DNA of 64,000 nt, taken from the NCBI GenBank assembly GCA_047610595.1, contig JBLFZR010000001.1, positions 25,746 through 89,745 on the forward strand, written 5' to 3'. Source of the DNA: Nitriliruptoraceae bacterium (lineage in GTDB: Bacteria; Actinomycetota; Nitriliruptoria; Nitriliruptorales; Nitriliruptoraceae). Shown here one piece after another: positions 44,460-54,400 of this stretch. A program made the translations under genes and the position numbers. Under the pieces are notes generated by a model, which did not search any database, had not been told where the DNA came from, and worked only from the letters and a program-made list of their open reading frames with translations. The number at the start of each line of letters is the position of its first letter. The first letter of the stretch is position 1.

Positions 44460-45464
44460 ATGAGCGAGCGACGACTGTCAGGGGAACGACTCGCGGGCGA
44501 GGTGGTCGGCGCGGTGCTGCGCGGCATGGACCTCAACCAGGTGCTTGCAGGGGTGGACCTCGACGCTTTAGTCGCCCGTATCGACCTCGACGCTGTGCTG
44601 GCCCGCATCGACATCGACGCGCTCGTGGCGCGCATGGATGTCGACGCGCTCGCGCGACGCATCCCGATCGAGGAGCTGGTCGGCACGGCCCCGCTGCAGC
44701 GCGCCGTCGACGGTCTCAACCTCGGCCCGGCGCTGCGCTCGGCCGGACTCGCGGACATCGTCGCGCAGTCCGTCGGCCGTTCAACCCTCGACACCGTCCG
44801 CCGGCGCGTGGCGGTCATCGACGCCCTCGCTGAGCGGCTGTCAGGTGGTCTGCTGCGGCAGGACATCGACGCATGGCCCGCCGGCCCGCACGCCCTCGTC
44901 GGTGACGAGCTCGGTCCGCTTGGTGATCTTGACTCGCAGGTTGACGGAGTTGGTGCCTGGAACGTCGCCGGGCACTACGTGGGGCCGCTCGCACGGGTGC
45001 TGGCCACCAGCCTGGACGTGTTCGGTGCCATCAGCTCATGGTCGCTGCTGACAAGCGTCGTGCTCACCTTGCTGGCCCGCGGCTTCGGGCTCGAGGTAGA
45101 CATCGCAGCAGCCGAGACGGGCATCGGGTTCGCAGTTGGGTTGGCCGCGTGGCTCGGCGCGTGGTTCCTGCTGCCCCTCGAGCTGTTCGGACGCACCCCC
45201 GCGATGGCTGTCCTCGGCATGCGTGTCGTGACCACAGATGGTGGGGCATCCGGCTTTGGCCGGATCGTGACTCGCTCGATCATCCAGCTTCCGAGCGTGC
45301 TGCTGCTCGGTCTCGGCTACGCCGTCACGCTGTTCGACAAGCGGCGCAGGACGCTGCATGACCTGCTGTCGGGGACCAGTGTCGTGTGGGACTGGGGCGA
45401 CCGTGAGGCCACGATCACCAGCCCGCTCGGCCGGTGGGTGGCAGGCCATATCGAGACTGACTGA
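44460..45464 (+). CDS. RDD family membrane protein with N-terminal nonapeptide repeats
   Basis: C-terminal RDD-type region GRTPAMAVLGMRVV...KRRRTLHDLLSGTSVV. Confidence 0.75.
   Translation: MSERRLSGERLAGEVVGAVLRGMDLNQVLAGVDLDALVARIDLDAVLARIDIDALVARMDVDALARRIPIEELVGTAPLQRAVDGLNLGPALRSAGLADIVAQSVGRSTLDTVRRRVAVIDALAERLSGGLLRQDIDAWPAGPHALVGDELGPLGDLDSQVDGVGAWNVAGHYVGPLARVLATSLDVFGAISSWSLLTSVVLTLLARGFGLEVDIAAAETGIGFAVGLAAWLGAWFLLPLELFGRTPAMAVLGMRVVTTDGGASGFGRIVTRSIIQLPSVLLLGLGYAVTLFDKRRRTLHDLLSGTSVVWDWGDREATITSPLGRWVAGHIETD
44556..44663 (+). repeat. 4 x 27-bp in-frame tandem repeat
   Basis: Units at 44556, 44583, 44610 and 44637 encode DLDALVARI, DLDAVLARI, DIDALVARM and DVDALARRI. A degenerate copy lies just upstream. 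Confidence 0.9.
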
Positions 45465-45468
45465 GCTG

Positions 45469-46044
45469 TCAGCGGCGGTCGGCGGGGGCTTCGAACACCC
45501 GGATGCCATCGACATCGATCCAGCGTGCTCGCGCGCGGTACGGCCGCGTTGGGTCCACCGTGCTCCGCGCTTCCACAAGGAACCCTGCGCTGCTGAAGGT
45601 CCATTGGAACGGCGCGTCGGGAAGCCGGAATGTCACCAACCGTGCGTCGCCGTTGCCCTGTGTCGCACGCGGCAGCCCGTCCATATCCGGCATCACCCGC
45701 CACCACCAGCCCGGGTACAGCCGTCCTCCTTGGACCATCCGAGCCTCGACCGTGCCCGCCGCGTCGTACACGGTGGCGACGCCACCGACGAACGTCTGCT
45801 CGTAGCCACCGCGAAGGGCGTCACCCTCGCCGCCCGCTCTCGGACTGGCCGAGCTGCGAAGCACCCAGTCGTCGTTGGATCGCCACACGTAGACGACGGA
45901 GCCGGACGGCCGACCCTCCATGACGAGGTCGTACTGCGCCTCGAACGGTGGTGGCAGCACCAGATGCACCGGTCGGGGCGCAACGACAGCAGCTACGAGC
46001 GCAACAACCGCCGCCATCCCGACCGACACGGCCATGCGCTTCAT
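45469..46044 (-). CDS. hypothetical secreted/anchored protein
   Basis: MKRMAVSVGMAAVVALVAAVVA signal/anchor. ATGA overlap with the EamA gene stop. Confidence 0.55.
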   Translation of the reverse strand: MKRMAVSVGMAAVVALVAAVVAPRPVHLVLPPPFEAQYDLVMEGRPSGSVVYVWRSNDDWVLRSSASPRAGGEGDALRGGYEQTFVGGVATVYDAAGTVEARMVQGGRLYPGWWWRVMPDMDGLPRATQGNGDARLVTFRLPDAPFQWTFSSAGFLVEARSTVDPTRPYRARARWIDVDGIRVFEAPADRR

Positions 46045-46970
46045 CCGTCACCTGTGTGCACGTGGGCGCCCAGCGGCACCGCCTGCTCTGCCTGTGCTGC
46101 CGGCCCGCGGGCGACCAGCACGAGCCCAAGGGCCAACAACGTCGCGCCCGCAGCGGCCAGCGGTGCCGGTCGTTCGCCCAGCAGCAGCACGCCAAGCATC
46201 GCTGCGACAAGCGGTTCCGTCAGCGTCAGCGTGCCGACGGTCGCGGGCGGCAACGCGCGCAGGCCACGTGCGTACAGCACGTACCCAAGCGCGACTGTCA
46301 CGATCGCGAGCCAGCCCACCAAGGCGAGCCCTCGCCCCGAACCCAGGCCGGACACATCCTGCGTGACAAGCAGCATGGCACCCGGAACCGCGCCCACCGC
46401 GAACACCGCCGCCATCGCCGTTGTCGGTGCAAGCCCCGCGTCCAGCAACCGACGGCTCGAAACCGTCAGCACGGCGTACGCCAACCCTGCACCCAGGGAC
46501 AGCGCAACTCCGACCGGATCGACCGATACAGACCCTGACGGGGCCAGCACCAGCGCGCAGCCGATGACGGCCAGCACGGTCGCCGCCCACCACGCGCGGC
46601 TGGGTGCCGTGCGGTCGGCAACCCACGCGACCATCCCAGTGAGCACAGGCACGCTGCCGATCCCGACGACGGTTCCGACGGCCACGCCGGCACGGTCAAC
46701 TCCCGAGAAAAACAACAGTTGGTACGCGGCGATCGCGATGCCCGATACCACCAACGCCCCGCGCGGAGCCGAGCGGACCGGCGCCCCTGTGCGGCCGACG
46801 ATGACTGCGAGCAGCAGCAGTGCCACAGCACCCGCCACGACGCGAGCGGCACCCACGACTGCCGGCGACGATGTCACGTCGGCAAGCGCCTGCGCCGTCC
46901 CGGTGGTGCCCCAGGTCGCGGCTCCGAGCACGACAGAGAAGGTGCTGACGGCGCGGCCGCGATCGGACAT
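46041..46970 (-). CDS. EamA/DMT family transporter
   Basis: ~10 hydrophobic segments. Gly/Ala/Leu/Val-rich two-fold repeat. ATG 46970 has AGGAG 5 nt upstream. Confidence 0.8.
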   Translation of the reverse strand: MSDRGRAVSTFSVVLGAATWGTTGTAQALADVTSSPAVVGAARVVAGAVALLLLAVIVGRTGAPVRSAPRGALVVSGIAIAAYQLLFFSGVDRAGVAVGTVVGIGSVPVLTGMVAWVADRTAPSRAWWAATVLAVIGCALVLAPSGSVSVDPVGVALSLGAGLAYAVLTVSSRRLLDAGLAPTTAMAAVFAVGAVPGAMLLVTQDVSGLGSGRGLALVGWLAIVTVALGYVLYARGLRALPPATVGTLTLTEPLVAAMLGVLLLGERPAPLAAAGATLLALGLVLVARGPAAQAEQAVPLGAHVHTGDG

Positions 46971-47060
46971 GCACGCTCCTGCAACGCGCAGCGACCTCGG
47001 TAGGCCGCTGAGGCGCGAAGCGTAGGCTCCGGCCCCGGACACCCCGACCGAGCGGTCCCT

Positions 47061-49016
47061 ATGTCGTTGCCCGACACATCGCACGTCCAACGCGTGGGGC
47101 TCTCGTATCGGGCTGATATCCAGGGTCTGCGCGGCGTTGCTGTGCTGCTCGTGGTGGCGTATCACGCCGGCGCGCTGCTGCCGGGCGGGTTCATCGGCGT
47201 AGACGTCTTCTTCGTGCTTTCGGGCTTCCTCATCACGTCACTGCTGCTGGCGGAGGCACGTGCGACTGGGACGATTCGCATCGGACGGTTCGCGGCACGA
47301 CGCATCCGGCGACTGCTCCCGGCCCTGGCCGTCATGCTCGTGGGCACCGTCGCGCTCAGCGCTGCCATCGTTCCGGTCGGCCGACACCTCGACGCGGTCA
47401 CCGCCACCGGTGCAGCCGCGGCCACGGTGCGGGCCAATCTGTTCCTCGCCGGCAGCGGGGGCTACTTCACCGCAGCGGCTGCGCTGAACCCGCTGCTGCA
47501 CACCTGGTCACTCTCGCTCGAAGCGCAGTTCTACCTGCTTCTGCCCACGCTGCTGATGCTGGCGCTTGCGGTCGCGCGCTACCGCGGCGGCACACCCAAC
47601 CGCGCGGTGCTCGCGGCAGTCGGCATCATCTTCGGCCTCTCGCTGACGGCCCTCGTGTGTGCGCGGCTGACCGAGCCCGCCACGATGCTTACCGATGGCC
47701 CGCGGCTGTTCTACAGCCTGCACACACGCATGTGGGAGCTTGCGGCCGGTGGGCTGTTGGCGTTGCTCCCAGCGGTCTCGTTCGCGCGACTGCCGACGTG
47801 GTGGCGACCTGCGGGGCTGCTGCTGCTCGTGTTCGCATCAGTGATCATCGAGGGCGCGATGTCCTTTCCCGGCGCGATGACGGCCCTGCCTGTGCTTGGC
47901 ACGTTGCTGGCTCTGAGCCCCACTGGACCATCGATGGGGCTTACCGTGCGGCCGCTGGTGTGGCTCGGAGACCGGTCGTACTCGTGGTACCTGTGGCACT
48001 GGCCGGTTCTGAGCCTGACGCGTTGGATGACAGACGAGACGGTGTGGACCTTGCTCGCAGCCGCTGCGCTCTCGCTGCTGCCAGCGATGGCCTCGTACCG
48101 CTTCGTGGAGCAACCGCTGCGACGCCGCAGCGCCGACACGACGCGCCGGGTGGCGCGGCTCACCGCGGTGTGCGTTTCGCTCCCGTTGGTCGTATCGCTG
48201 ACGGCGGGCGCGCTCGGAGACATCGCGTTCCGTCACGCCTCGACCAAGCTCCCAGGCCTTGGCTTCACGCAGCCGAGCACCCAGCTGACCTACCTCCCGG
48301 ATGGCATAGCCCGTGGAACGATCGCGATCGTGGGCGACTCGCACGCGCAGGTGCTCGTGCCGCAGCTGGGCGAGCAGCTGACGACACTTGGCTTCACCGT
48401 CGTCAACCTCACCCACCCGGGATGCATCTTCTTGCCCGATCTTGTCGCACACCTCGAAGGATGTGAAGCATCGATCGGCGACGATCTCGCGGCGCTGGCT
48501 GCCGATCGACCCGATCTGGTGGTGCTCGCAGGTCGCGCAGCGGCTCGCATGACGCGCTCCGCCGATGGGTTCCACATCCTTGATCCCGACGGCGTTCGCG
48601 CCACATCGGTTGCGGAAGCGCTCACGATGTACGAGATCGGACTGACCGCTGCGTTCGGGCGACTCACGTCCGGCGCGACCCCGGTGGTGTTCGTCTCAAG
48701 CGTTCCAACGTTCGACACCATGCCGGCGCCGACGCTCGTGCAGGGGCTGCGCGGCGAGATCAACCTCGAGGTTGTGCCGCGCGCCGTGGCCGAGCTCCGT
48801 GACGCGGCCCCACTCGCCATCGAGCGCCGGTCAGCCTCCACGATCGGAGATGTCGCGGTGATCGACCCGCTGCCGCTGCTGTGTGGCCCCATCAGCTGCG
48901 ACCAGCTGCGCGATGGTGTGCTGCTGTACCGCGATGACAATCACCTGTCACAGACCGGTGCACGGCGCGTCACAGCAGCCATCGTCGAGGCCGTCCTGGC
49001 GCGATTGGGCGACTGA
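47061..49016 (+). CDS. acyltransferase family 3 (OafA-like) membrane protein with C-terminal SGNH-like domain
   Basis: DIQGLRGVAVLLVVAYHAG. WSLSLEAQFY. Multiple TM segments. C-terminal soluble domain with IAIVGDSHA and DDNHLS. Confidence 0.85.
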   Translation: MSLPDTSHVQRVGLSYRADIQGLRGVAVLLVVAYHAGALLPGGFIGVDVFFVLSGFLITSLLLAEARATGTIRIGRFAARRIRRLLPALAVMLVGTVALSAAIVPVGRHLDAVTATGAAAATVRANLFLAGSGGYFTAAAALNPLLHTWSLSLEAQFYLLLPTLLMLALAVARYRGGTPNRAVLAAVGIIFGLSLTALVCARLTEPATMLTDGPRLFYSLHTRMWELAAGGLLALLPAVSFARLPTWWRPAGLLLLVFASVIIEGAMSFPGAMTALPVLGTLLALSPTGPSMGLTVRPLVWLGDRSYSWYLWHWPVLSLTRWMTDETVWTLLAAAALSLLPAMASYRFVEQPLRRRSADTTRRVARLTAVCVSLPLVVSLTAGALGDIAFRHASTKLPGLGFTQPSTQLTYLPDGIARGTIAIVGDSHAQVLVPQLGEQLTTLGFTVVNLTHPGCIFLPDLVAHLEGCEASIGDDLAALAADRPDLVVLAGRAAARMTRSADGFHILDPDGVRATSVAEALTMYEIGLTAAFGRLTSGATPVVFVSSVPTFDTMPAPTLVQGLRGEINLEVVPRAVAELRDAAPLAIERRSASTIGDVAVIDPLPLLCGPISCDQLRDGVLLYRDDNHLSQTGARRVTAAIVEAVLARLGD

Positions 49017-49036
49017 TCACCACACTGCCGCACAAG

Positions 49037-49468
49037 CTAGGCGCCAGCCTCGACGTACGAACGTAGGCCTGCGTTCATCCGCTCGTACACCGCCAAGATC
49101 TTGCCCTGCACCGGCACCAGCGCGATCGACGCGGGACCGGTGAACGTTTCGTAGTGCTCCAGCGTCGTCCCGGTGCCGTCCGCGGTCAGCTCGAACGCGT
49201 GCACGGCCGACAGCACGCCTGGGATGCCGCCACCCCACGCGAGCTTGCGGCCGCGGTCGACATCCGTGAACGTGCCCGGCAGCGGCGGTCGCGGCCCCGG
49301 TAGCAGCGGCAGCCGGATGATCGCGCGTCCACCGACCTGCACCCGACGCGACGACAGGCCGAAGCCTGCCGCCCACGTCTTCCACGACGGGATGTCGGTA
49401 AGCGCGTCGAACACCTCGACCGGCGTTGCGTCGATGTAGATCGGGGCCGTACGGATGTCGACGGTCAT
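49037..49468 (-). CDS. SRPBCC (START/polyketide cyclase-like) family protein
   Basis: IDATPVEVFDALTDIPSWKTW, typical of this fold. GAGGA lies upstream of ATG 49468. Confidence 0.7.
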   Translation of the reverse strand: MTVDIRTAPIYIDATPVEVFDALTDIPSWKTWAAGFGLSSRRVQVGGRAIIRLPLLPGPRPPLPGTFTDVDRGRKLAWGGGIPGVLSAVHAFELTADGTGTTLEHYETFTGPASIALVPVQGKILAVYERMNAGLRSYVEAGA

Positions 49469-49478
49469 AGGCACGTCC

Positions 49479-51269
49479 TCACTTGCTCTTGGCGACGGGG
49501 CGCAGCATGAGGCCCACGTCCTTGAGGCCGGTCTCCTCGAACGCCGCCGGGGCGTCCGTCAGCAGGCAGGCACCGGACTGGGTCTTGGGGAACGCGATGA
49601 CGTCGCGGATGTTGTCAGTCCCGGCCAGCAGCATCACCAGTCGGTCCACACCCAGCGCGATGCCGCCGTGGGGCGGAGCCCCGTACGTCAGCCCACGCAG
49701 CAGGAAGCCGAACTTGTCCTGCTGCTCGTCATCCTCGATGCCGAGGAATCGGAACACGCGCTCCTGCACTGCGCGCTGGTGAATACGCATCGACCCACCG
49801 CCCAGCTCGTAGCCGTTGCACACCACGTCGTACGCGTTGGACAGCGCGTGCTCCGGGTCGCTGTCGAAGGTGTCGAGGTACTCGGGCTTAGGTGCCGTGA
49901 ACGGGTGGTGCGTGGGCGTCCATCCGACCGTTCCCACGGCGGTGCCGCGGTCCTCGACCGGCTCGAACATCGGCGCGTCCACGACCCAGCAGAACGCGTA
50001 CGTGTCAGCCGCGATGAGGTCGCGTTCCTTGGCGAGGTGGTTGCGCAGGGCGCCCATGAGGTCCAGCGCGAACCGGCGGTCACCGGCACCGAAGAACACC
50101 GCATCGCCCGGCGTCGCGCCGGTCTCGGACTTGATGCCCGCGATCTCGTCCTCAGACATGAACTTCGTCAGCGGCGACCGCAACGAGCCGTCCTCCTCCA
50201 CGACGCCCCATGCAAGACCCTTCGCGCCGCGACGGATGGCCCACTCGGTCGTTGCGTCAAACAGCTTGCGGGTCATCGTGCCGCCGCCTGGAAGCGCCAG
50301 CGCGACGACCGAACCGCCACCGCCAAGCACACCCTTGAACACGCCGACGTTGGTGTCGGCGAACACGCCGTCCAGCGTTGCGAGCTCCATCGCATCGATG
50401 CGAAGGTCTGGCTTATCGGTGCCGTAACGCGCCATCGACTCGGCGTACGTCAGTCGTAGGAACGGGGCCTGAACCTCAACACCCTTGGTCTCACGCCAGA
50501 TGGTGGCGATGAGCTCCTCGGTCAGGCCGATCACGTCCTCCTGATCACCGAAGCTCAGCTCGATGTCTAGCTGCGTGAACTCGGGCTGGCGGTCCGCGCG
50601 CAGGTCCTCATCACGGAAGCAACGAGCGATCTGGTAGTAGCGCTCGACGCCGGCGACCTGCAGCAGCTGCTTAAACAGCTGTGGGCTCTGCGGCAGCGCG
50701 TAGGTCTCGCCCGGCGACAGACGCGACGGGACCAAGAAGTCACGCGCACCCTCCGGGGTCGCACGCGTCAGCATCGGCGTCTCGACGTCGAGGAAGCCGT
50801 GCTCCTCCATCACGCGACGGATGACGCTGCTCGCCTTCGAGCGAGTCTGCAGGATCGACGCCATCGAGCCACGACGTAGGTCGACGTAGCGGTGCTTGAG
50901 CCGCAGCGACTCGTCGACGTTCACGTCGCCGTCCAGCGGGAACGGCGGGGTCTCGGACTCGGCGAGCACCTCGAGCGAGGTCGCGACGACCTCAACGGCA
51001 CCGGTGTCGAGGTTCTTGTTGACCATGCCGTCGGGGCGCGCGCGCACGGTTCCGACAACCCGAATGACCCACTCGGTACGCAGGCGGTGCGCAGCCTCGA
51101 GCGCGTCACCGTGCTCGGGGTCTGCGACGACCTGGACCAGCCCGCTGCGATCCCGTAGGTCGAGGAACACGACACCTCCGTGGTCACGGCGCACCGAGAC
51201 CCACCCGGCCAGCGTGACCTCGTCGCCGTCGTGCTCGGCACGCAGCGTGCCTGCGCCGTGTGAGCGCAT
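49479..51269 (-). CDS. aspS: aspartate--tRNA ligase
   Basis: MRSHGAGTLR start, typical of AspS. FRDEDLRADRQPEFTQLD. GGGSMRIH. FPKT. GTG 51293 is an alternative start. Confidence 0.95.
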   Translation of the reverse strand: MRSHGAGTLRAEHDGDEVTLAGWVSVRRDHGGVVFLDLRDRSGLVQVVADPEHGDALEAAHRLRTEWVIRVVGTVRARPDGMVNKNLDTGAVEVVATSLEVLAESETPPFPLDGDVNVDESLRLKHRYVDLRRGSMASILQTRSKASSVIRRVMEEHGFLDVETPMLTRATPEGARDFLVPSRLSPGETYALPQSPQLFKQLLQVAGVERYYQIARCFRDEDLRADRQPEFTQLDIELSFGDQEDVIGLTEELIATIWRETKGVEVQAPFLRLTYAESMARYGTDKPDLRIDAMELATLDGVFADTNVGVFKGVLGGGGSVVALALPGGGTMTRKLFDATTEWAIRRGAKGLAWGVVEEDGSLRSPLTKFMSEDEIAGIKSETGATPGDAVFFGAGDRRFALDLMGALRNHLAKERDLIAADTYAFCWVVDAPMFEPVEDRGTAVGTVGWTPTHHPFTAPKPEYLDTFDSDPEHALSNAYDVVCNGYELGGGSMRIHQRAVQERVFRFLGIEDDEQQDKFGFLLRGLTYGAPPHGGIALGVDRLVMLLAGTDNIRDVIAFPKTQSGACLLTDAPAAFEETGLKDVGLMLRPVAKSK

Positions 51270-51357
51270 AGATCCGAAGGGGGTGATGGACACGTGACGG
51301 CCTGACGATGGTCGGTGCTTGGGATGCGGAGGCGAAGGTTACGCCCCGCTGGCCCGC

Positions 51358-52686
51358 TCAGATGCGGGCCTGGATGTGTGCGATGAGGTCGGCCTCGGTG
51401 ACGGTGACCTGGTCCCCGGAGATGAGGTCCTTAACAGCGACGCTGTCGGCTGCGGCCTCATCGTCGCCACGGATGATGACGAAGCGGATGCCACGACGGT
51501 CGCCGTACTTGAACTGCTTGCCGAGCTTGCCGTCGCTGAGATACAGATCGGTGTCGATTGAGCCCTCGCGCCGGAGCTGTGTGGCGATGCGCATCGCATC
51601 GGCGCGGTGCTGCTCCCCCATCACCGTCACCAGCGCGGTCGGTGCCGCGGCGCCCGCATCAGCTTCCGAGAGCAGCAGCAGGATGCGTTCGATGCCCAGC
51701 GAGCCGCCCGTCGCAGGGATGTCGTTCTTCGAGAACATCCCAACGAGGCCGTCGTAGCGCCCCCCACCTGCGATGGATGCGCCGAGCCCTTCGTGGGCCA
51801 CCTCGAACACCGGGCCGGTGTAGTACGACAGGCCACGCGCCAGGACTGGGTCGAACGCGATAGCACCACCGGCGAGGTTGGAGGTGGTGAGGTCGAGCAC
51901 CGTGTCGACCTCGGCGAGGCCTTCTGACCCGAGTGCGCCGCCGGCGATGCGCTCGCGCAGGGTCGACGCGACGTCTGATGCTGACAGGTCGACCGACAGC
52001 GCCTCGACCGCAGCGTCCGCAACGCCACGACCGCGCAGCTCCTTGGCCACGCCGTGCACGCCGATCTTGTCAAGCTTGTCGATGGCGACCAGCGCAGTCG
52101 ACTCTTGCTCGACTGGGATGCCGTAGGCCTCCACGAGGCCGCGCAGGGCCTTGCGGCTGTTCAGGCGCATGGTGAAGCCGGTCAGACCAAGCGCGTGCAG
52201 CACCTCGTTTATGGCCAGCAGCATCTCGGCGTCGGCCATCAACGAGTCACTCCCGACTACATCGACGTCGCACTGGAGGAACTCGCGGAAGCGGCCCTTC
52301 CCGGGGCGATCCGCGCGCCACACCGGCGCGATGGCGTACCGCTTGAACGGCGTGGGCAGATCGTGCTGATGGGCCGCGACGTAGCGGGCCAACGGCACCG
52401 TCAGGTCGTAGCGCAGCGCGTGGTCCGCGGTGGCTGCCGCGTCTTGGTCCGCGAGCGCCTGCTCGAACTTGTCGCCACGCGCTTGGATGCGAAAGATGAG
52501 CTGATCGCCCTCGTCGCCGTACTTACCCATCAGCGTTTCGATGCGTTCGAACGCCGGCGTGTCCATGCCCGCGAAGCCGTACGCCTCGAACACCTCACGG
52601 ATGATCGTCAGCGCCGCATGTCGCCGCGCAACCTCGTCGGGGAGGAAGTCACGGGTGCCGGACGGCGGGTTGGTGTTGCTCGACAT
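51358..52686 (-). CDS. hisS: histidine--tRNA ligase
   Basis: GTRDFLP, RYDLTVPLARY, FREFLQCDVDVVG, GGGRYDGL. Confidence 0.95.
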   Translation of the reverse strand: MSSNTNPPSGTRDFLPDEVARRHAALTIIREVFEAYGFAGMDTPAFERIETLMGKYGDEGDQLIFRIQARGDKFEQALADQDAAATADHALRYDLTVPLARYVAAHQHDLPTPFKRYAIAPVWRADRPGKGRFREFLQCDVDVVGSDSLMADAEMLLAINEVLHALGLTGFTMRLNSRKALRGLVEAYGIPVEQESTALVAIDKLDKIGVHGVAKELRGRGVADAAVEALSVDLSASDVASTLRERIAGGALGSEGLAEVDTVLDLTTSNLAGGAIAFDPVLARGLSYYTGPVFEVAHEGLGASIAGGGRYDGLVGMFSKNDIPATGGSLGIERILLLLSEADAGAAAPTALVTVMGEQHRADAMRIATQLRREGSIDTDLYLSDGKLGKQFKYGDRRGIRFVIIRGDDEAAADSVAVKDLISGDQVTVTEADLIAHIQARI

Positions 52687-52799
52687 CGAGGGGGCTCCTA
52701 GTCGCGGGCGACCGTACTGCCGCAGCTACCGGTGACCCATCAGACGACGTTGCCTCCCTTGTCGAGGCGATGCGACAGCCCTGACAGACACCTGCTCGT

Positions 52800-53525
52800 T
52801 CAACGCAGGAACGGGTTGGTGCGCCGCTCGTGCCCGATGGTCGTGCCAGGCCCGTGCCCTGACAGCACCGGCACGGCATCGTCGAGCGTCATCGCGGTGC
52901 GGTGGATCTCGGCGATGAGCCGCACCCCGTCACCGCCAACAAGGTCGCTTCGACCCACGCTCCCGGCGAACAGCAGGTCGCCGCTGAGCAGCATCTGCTC
53001 GTGCGCGCTGGGGCCCCCGGCCACCAGCTCGACGTGGGCATCTGCCAGCCCCTGACCGAGGTACGTCACGTGACCCGGCGTGTGACCCGGTGTGTGCGCC
53101 ACATGGAACGCCACGCCGCCCGCCGTCAGGGTCTGACCTTCGTGCACATCGACCAGTCGGTCCATATCTGGCTGCCAGTCGAGGTCGTAGCGCCGCACCA
53201 GCTCGTCGGTGCCGTGCTGGCCGTACGACAGCTGTGGTCCCGCAAACAGCCACCGGTCCTCGGGGTGCAGGTGCACCCCGACATCCCACTGTGCGGCCAG
53301 CTGCGGCACAGACCACACATGGTCGACATGCGCGTGCGTCAGCAAGATCGCGTCCACCGTGCAGCCGAGCTGTTCGATGATCGCGGGAAGGCGCTGGTCC
53401 GCTGTCTCGCCAGGATCTACCACCACACAGCTGCCCGCGGACCGGTCCCCGATCACGTAGCAGTTGGTCTGGAAGCGCCCCATCGGGACCCCGAGCACCA
53501 CCAAATCGCGTGCACCGGCGGTCAC
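52800..53525 (-). CDS. MBL-fold metallo-hydrolase (paralog 1)
   Basis: LLTHAHVDH and AHTPGHTPGH. GTGA overlap with paralog 2. Confidence 0.85.
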   Translation of the reverse strand: MTAGARDLVVLGVPMGRFQTNCYVIGDRSAGSCVVVDPGETADQRLPAIIEQLGCTVDAILLTHAHVDHVWSVPQLAAQWDVGVHLHPEDRWLFAGPQLSYGQHGTDELVRRYDLDWQPDMDRLVDVHEGQTLTAGGVAFHVAHTPGHTPGHVTYLGQGLADAHVELVAGGPSAHEQMLLSGDLLFAGSVGRSDLVGGDGVRLIAEIHRTAMTLDDAVPVLSGHGPGTTIGHERRTNPFLR

Positions 53526-54232
53526 GGTAGGTGCGGGTTGCTGACCCGCTCGATACCAACGGTTGTGTCCGGACCGTGCCCACTGAGGATGACCGTGTCG
53601 TCATCCAGCGGTAGCACCGTGCGCACGATCTCGTCTATCAGTCGCGAGGAGTCTCCGCGTGGGAAGTCGCTGCGACCAACGCTGCCTCGGAAGATGAGGT
53701 CGCCGCTGAACAGAATCTCGTCCGACGGGGACGGGTCACCGAGCACCACCTCGATCTGTGCCTGCCGCATATCTCGCCCAAGGAACGTGCAGTGCCCCGG
53801 GGTGTGCCCGGGCGTGTGCGCCACATCGAACGTCACCCCACCGCGGACCAACCGCTCGCCGTCGGTGAGATCCACCAGACGGCTGTCATCCGGCTGCCAG
53901 TCCAGCCCGAACTGCTCGGTCAGGATGGTGCGCGGCAACGGCCCGAACGCGTGCTGTGGCTCATCCCAGATCCACCGGTCTTCTGGGTGCAGATGCACAC
54001 CGACATCGAACGCCTCGGCCAGCGCCGGAGCCGACCAGTGATGGTCGATGTGCCCATGCGTCAGCAAGATCGCCTCCGGCGTCAGCCCCAGCCGTTCCAC
54101 CAGGTCTGGGATCCGATCTGCCGCCGTCTCGCCCGGGTCCACGACCACACACGTCCCGGTCTCACGATCTCCCACGATAAAGCAGTTCGTTTCCCACCGA
54201 CCCAGCGGCATCCCAACAACGATGTGCGACAC
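53522..54232 (-). CDS. MBL-fold metallo-hydrolase (paralog 2)
   Basis: LLTHGHIDH and AHTPGHTPGH. Clearly alignable along its length with paralog 1. GTG 54232 has AGGAG 5 nt upstream. Confidence 0.85.
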   Translation of the reverse strand: MSHIVVGMPLGRWETNCFIVGDRETGTCVVVDPGETAADRIPDLVERLGLTPEAILLTHGHIDHHWSAPALAEAFDVGVHLHPEDRWIWDEPQHAFGPLPRTILTEQFGLDWQPDDSRLVDLTDGERLVRGGVTFDVAHTPGHTPGHCTFLGRDMRQAQIEVVLGDPSPSDEILFSGDLIFRGSVGRSDFPRGDSSRLIDEIVRTVLPLDDDTVILSGHGPDTTVGIERVSNPHLP

Positions 54233-54400
54233 ACATGCTCCTACCAGCAAGCCGAAAACCCGAAGGACAACGGGCCTGCAAGGCTACTAAAGCCCTCGAC
54301 CAACCCTGCATCCCCCTGGCGCTCGTGTCGTGCCCACGCGAGCACCCCTCGGCCGGCACGTCCGGTGGCTACCGTCCATCTGTCGCTGCGAGGAGCGTTC

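Noticed and set aside
45358-47025. 555-aa plus-strand ORF
   Set aside because: It is antisense to the EamA transporter and the secreted protein gene. The Ala/Thr/Ser/Pro/Arg-rich translation looks like a high-GC artefact.
53792-54400. Upstream 203 aa of ORF 53792..55615
   Set aside because: It is antisense to MBL paralog 2. The Eis-like homology and a strong AGGAG SD begin at 54401.
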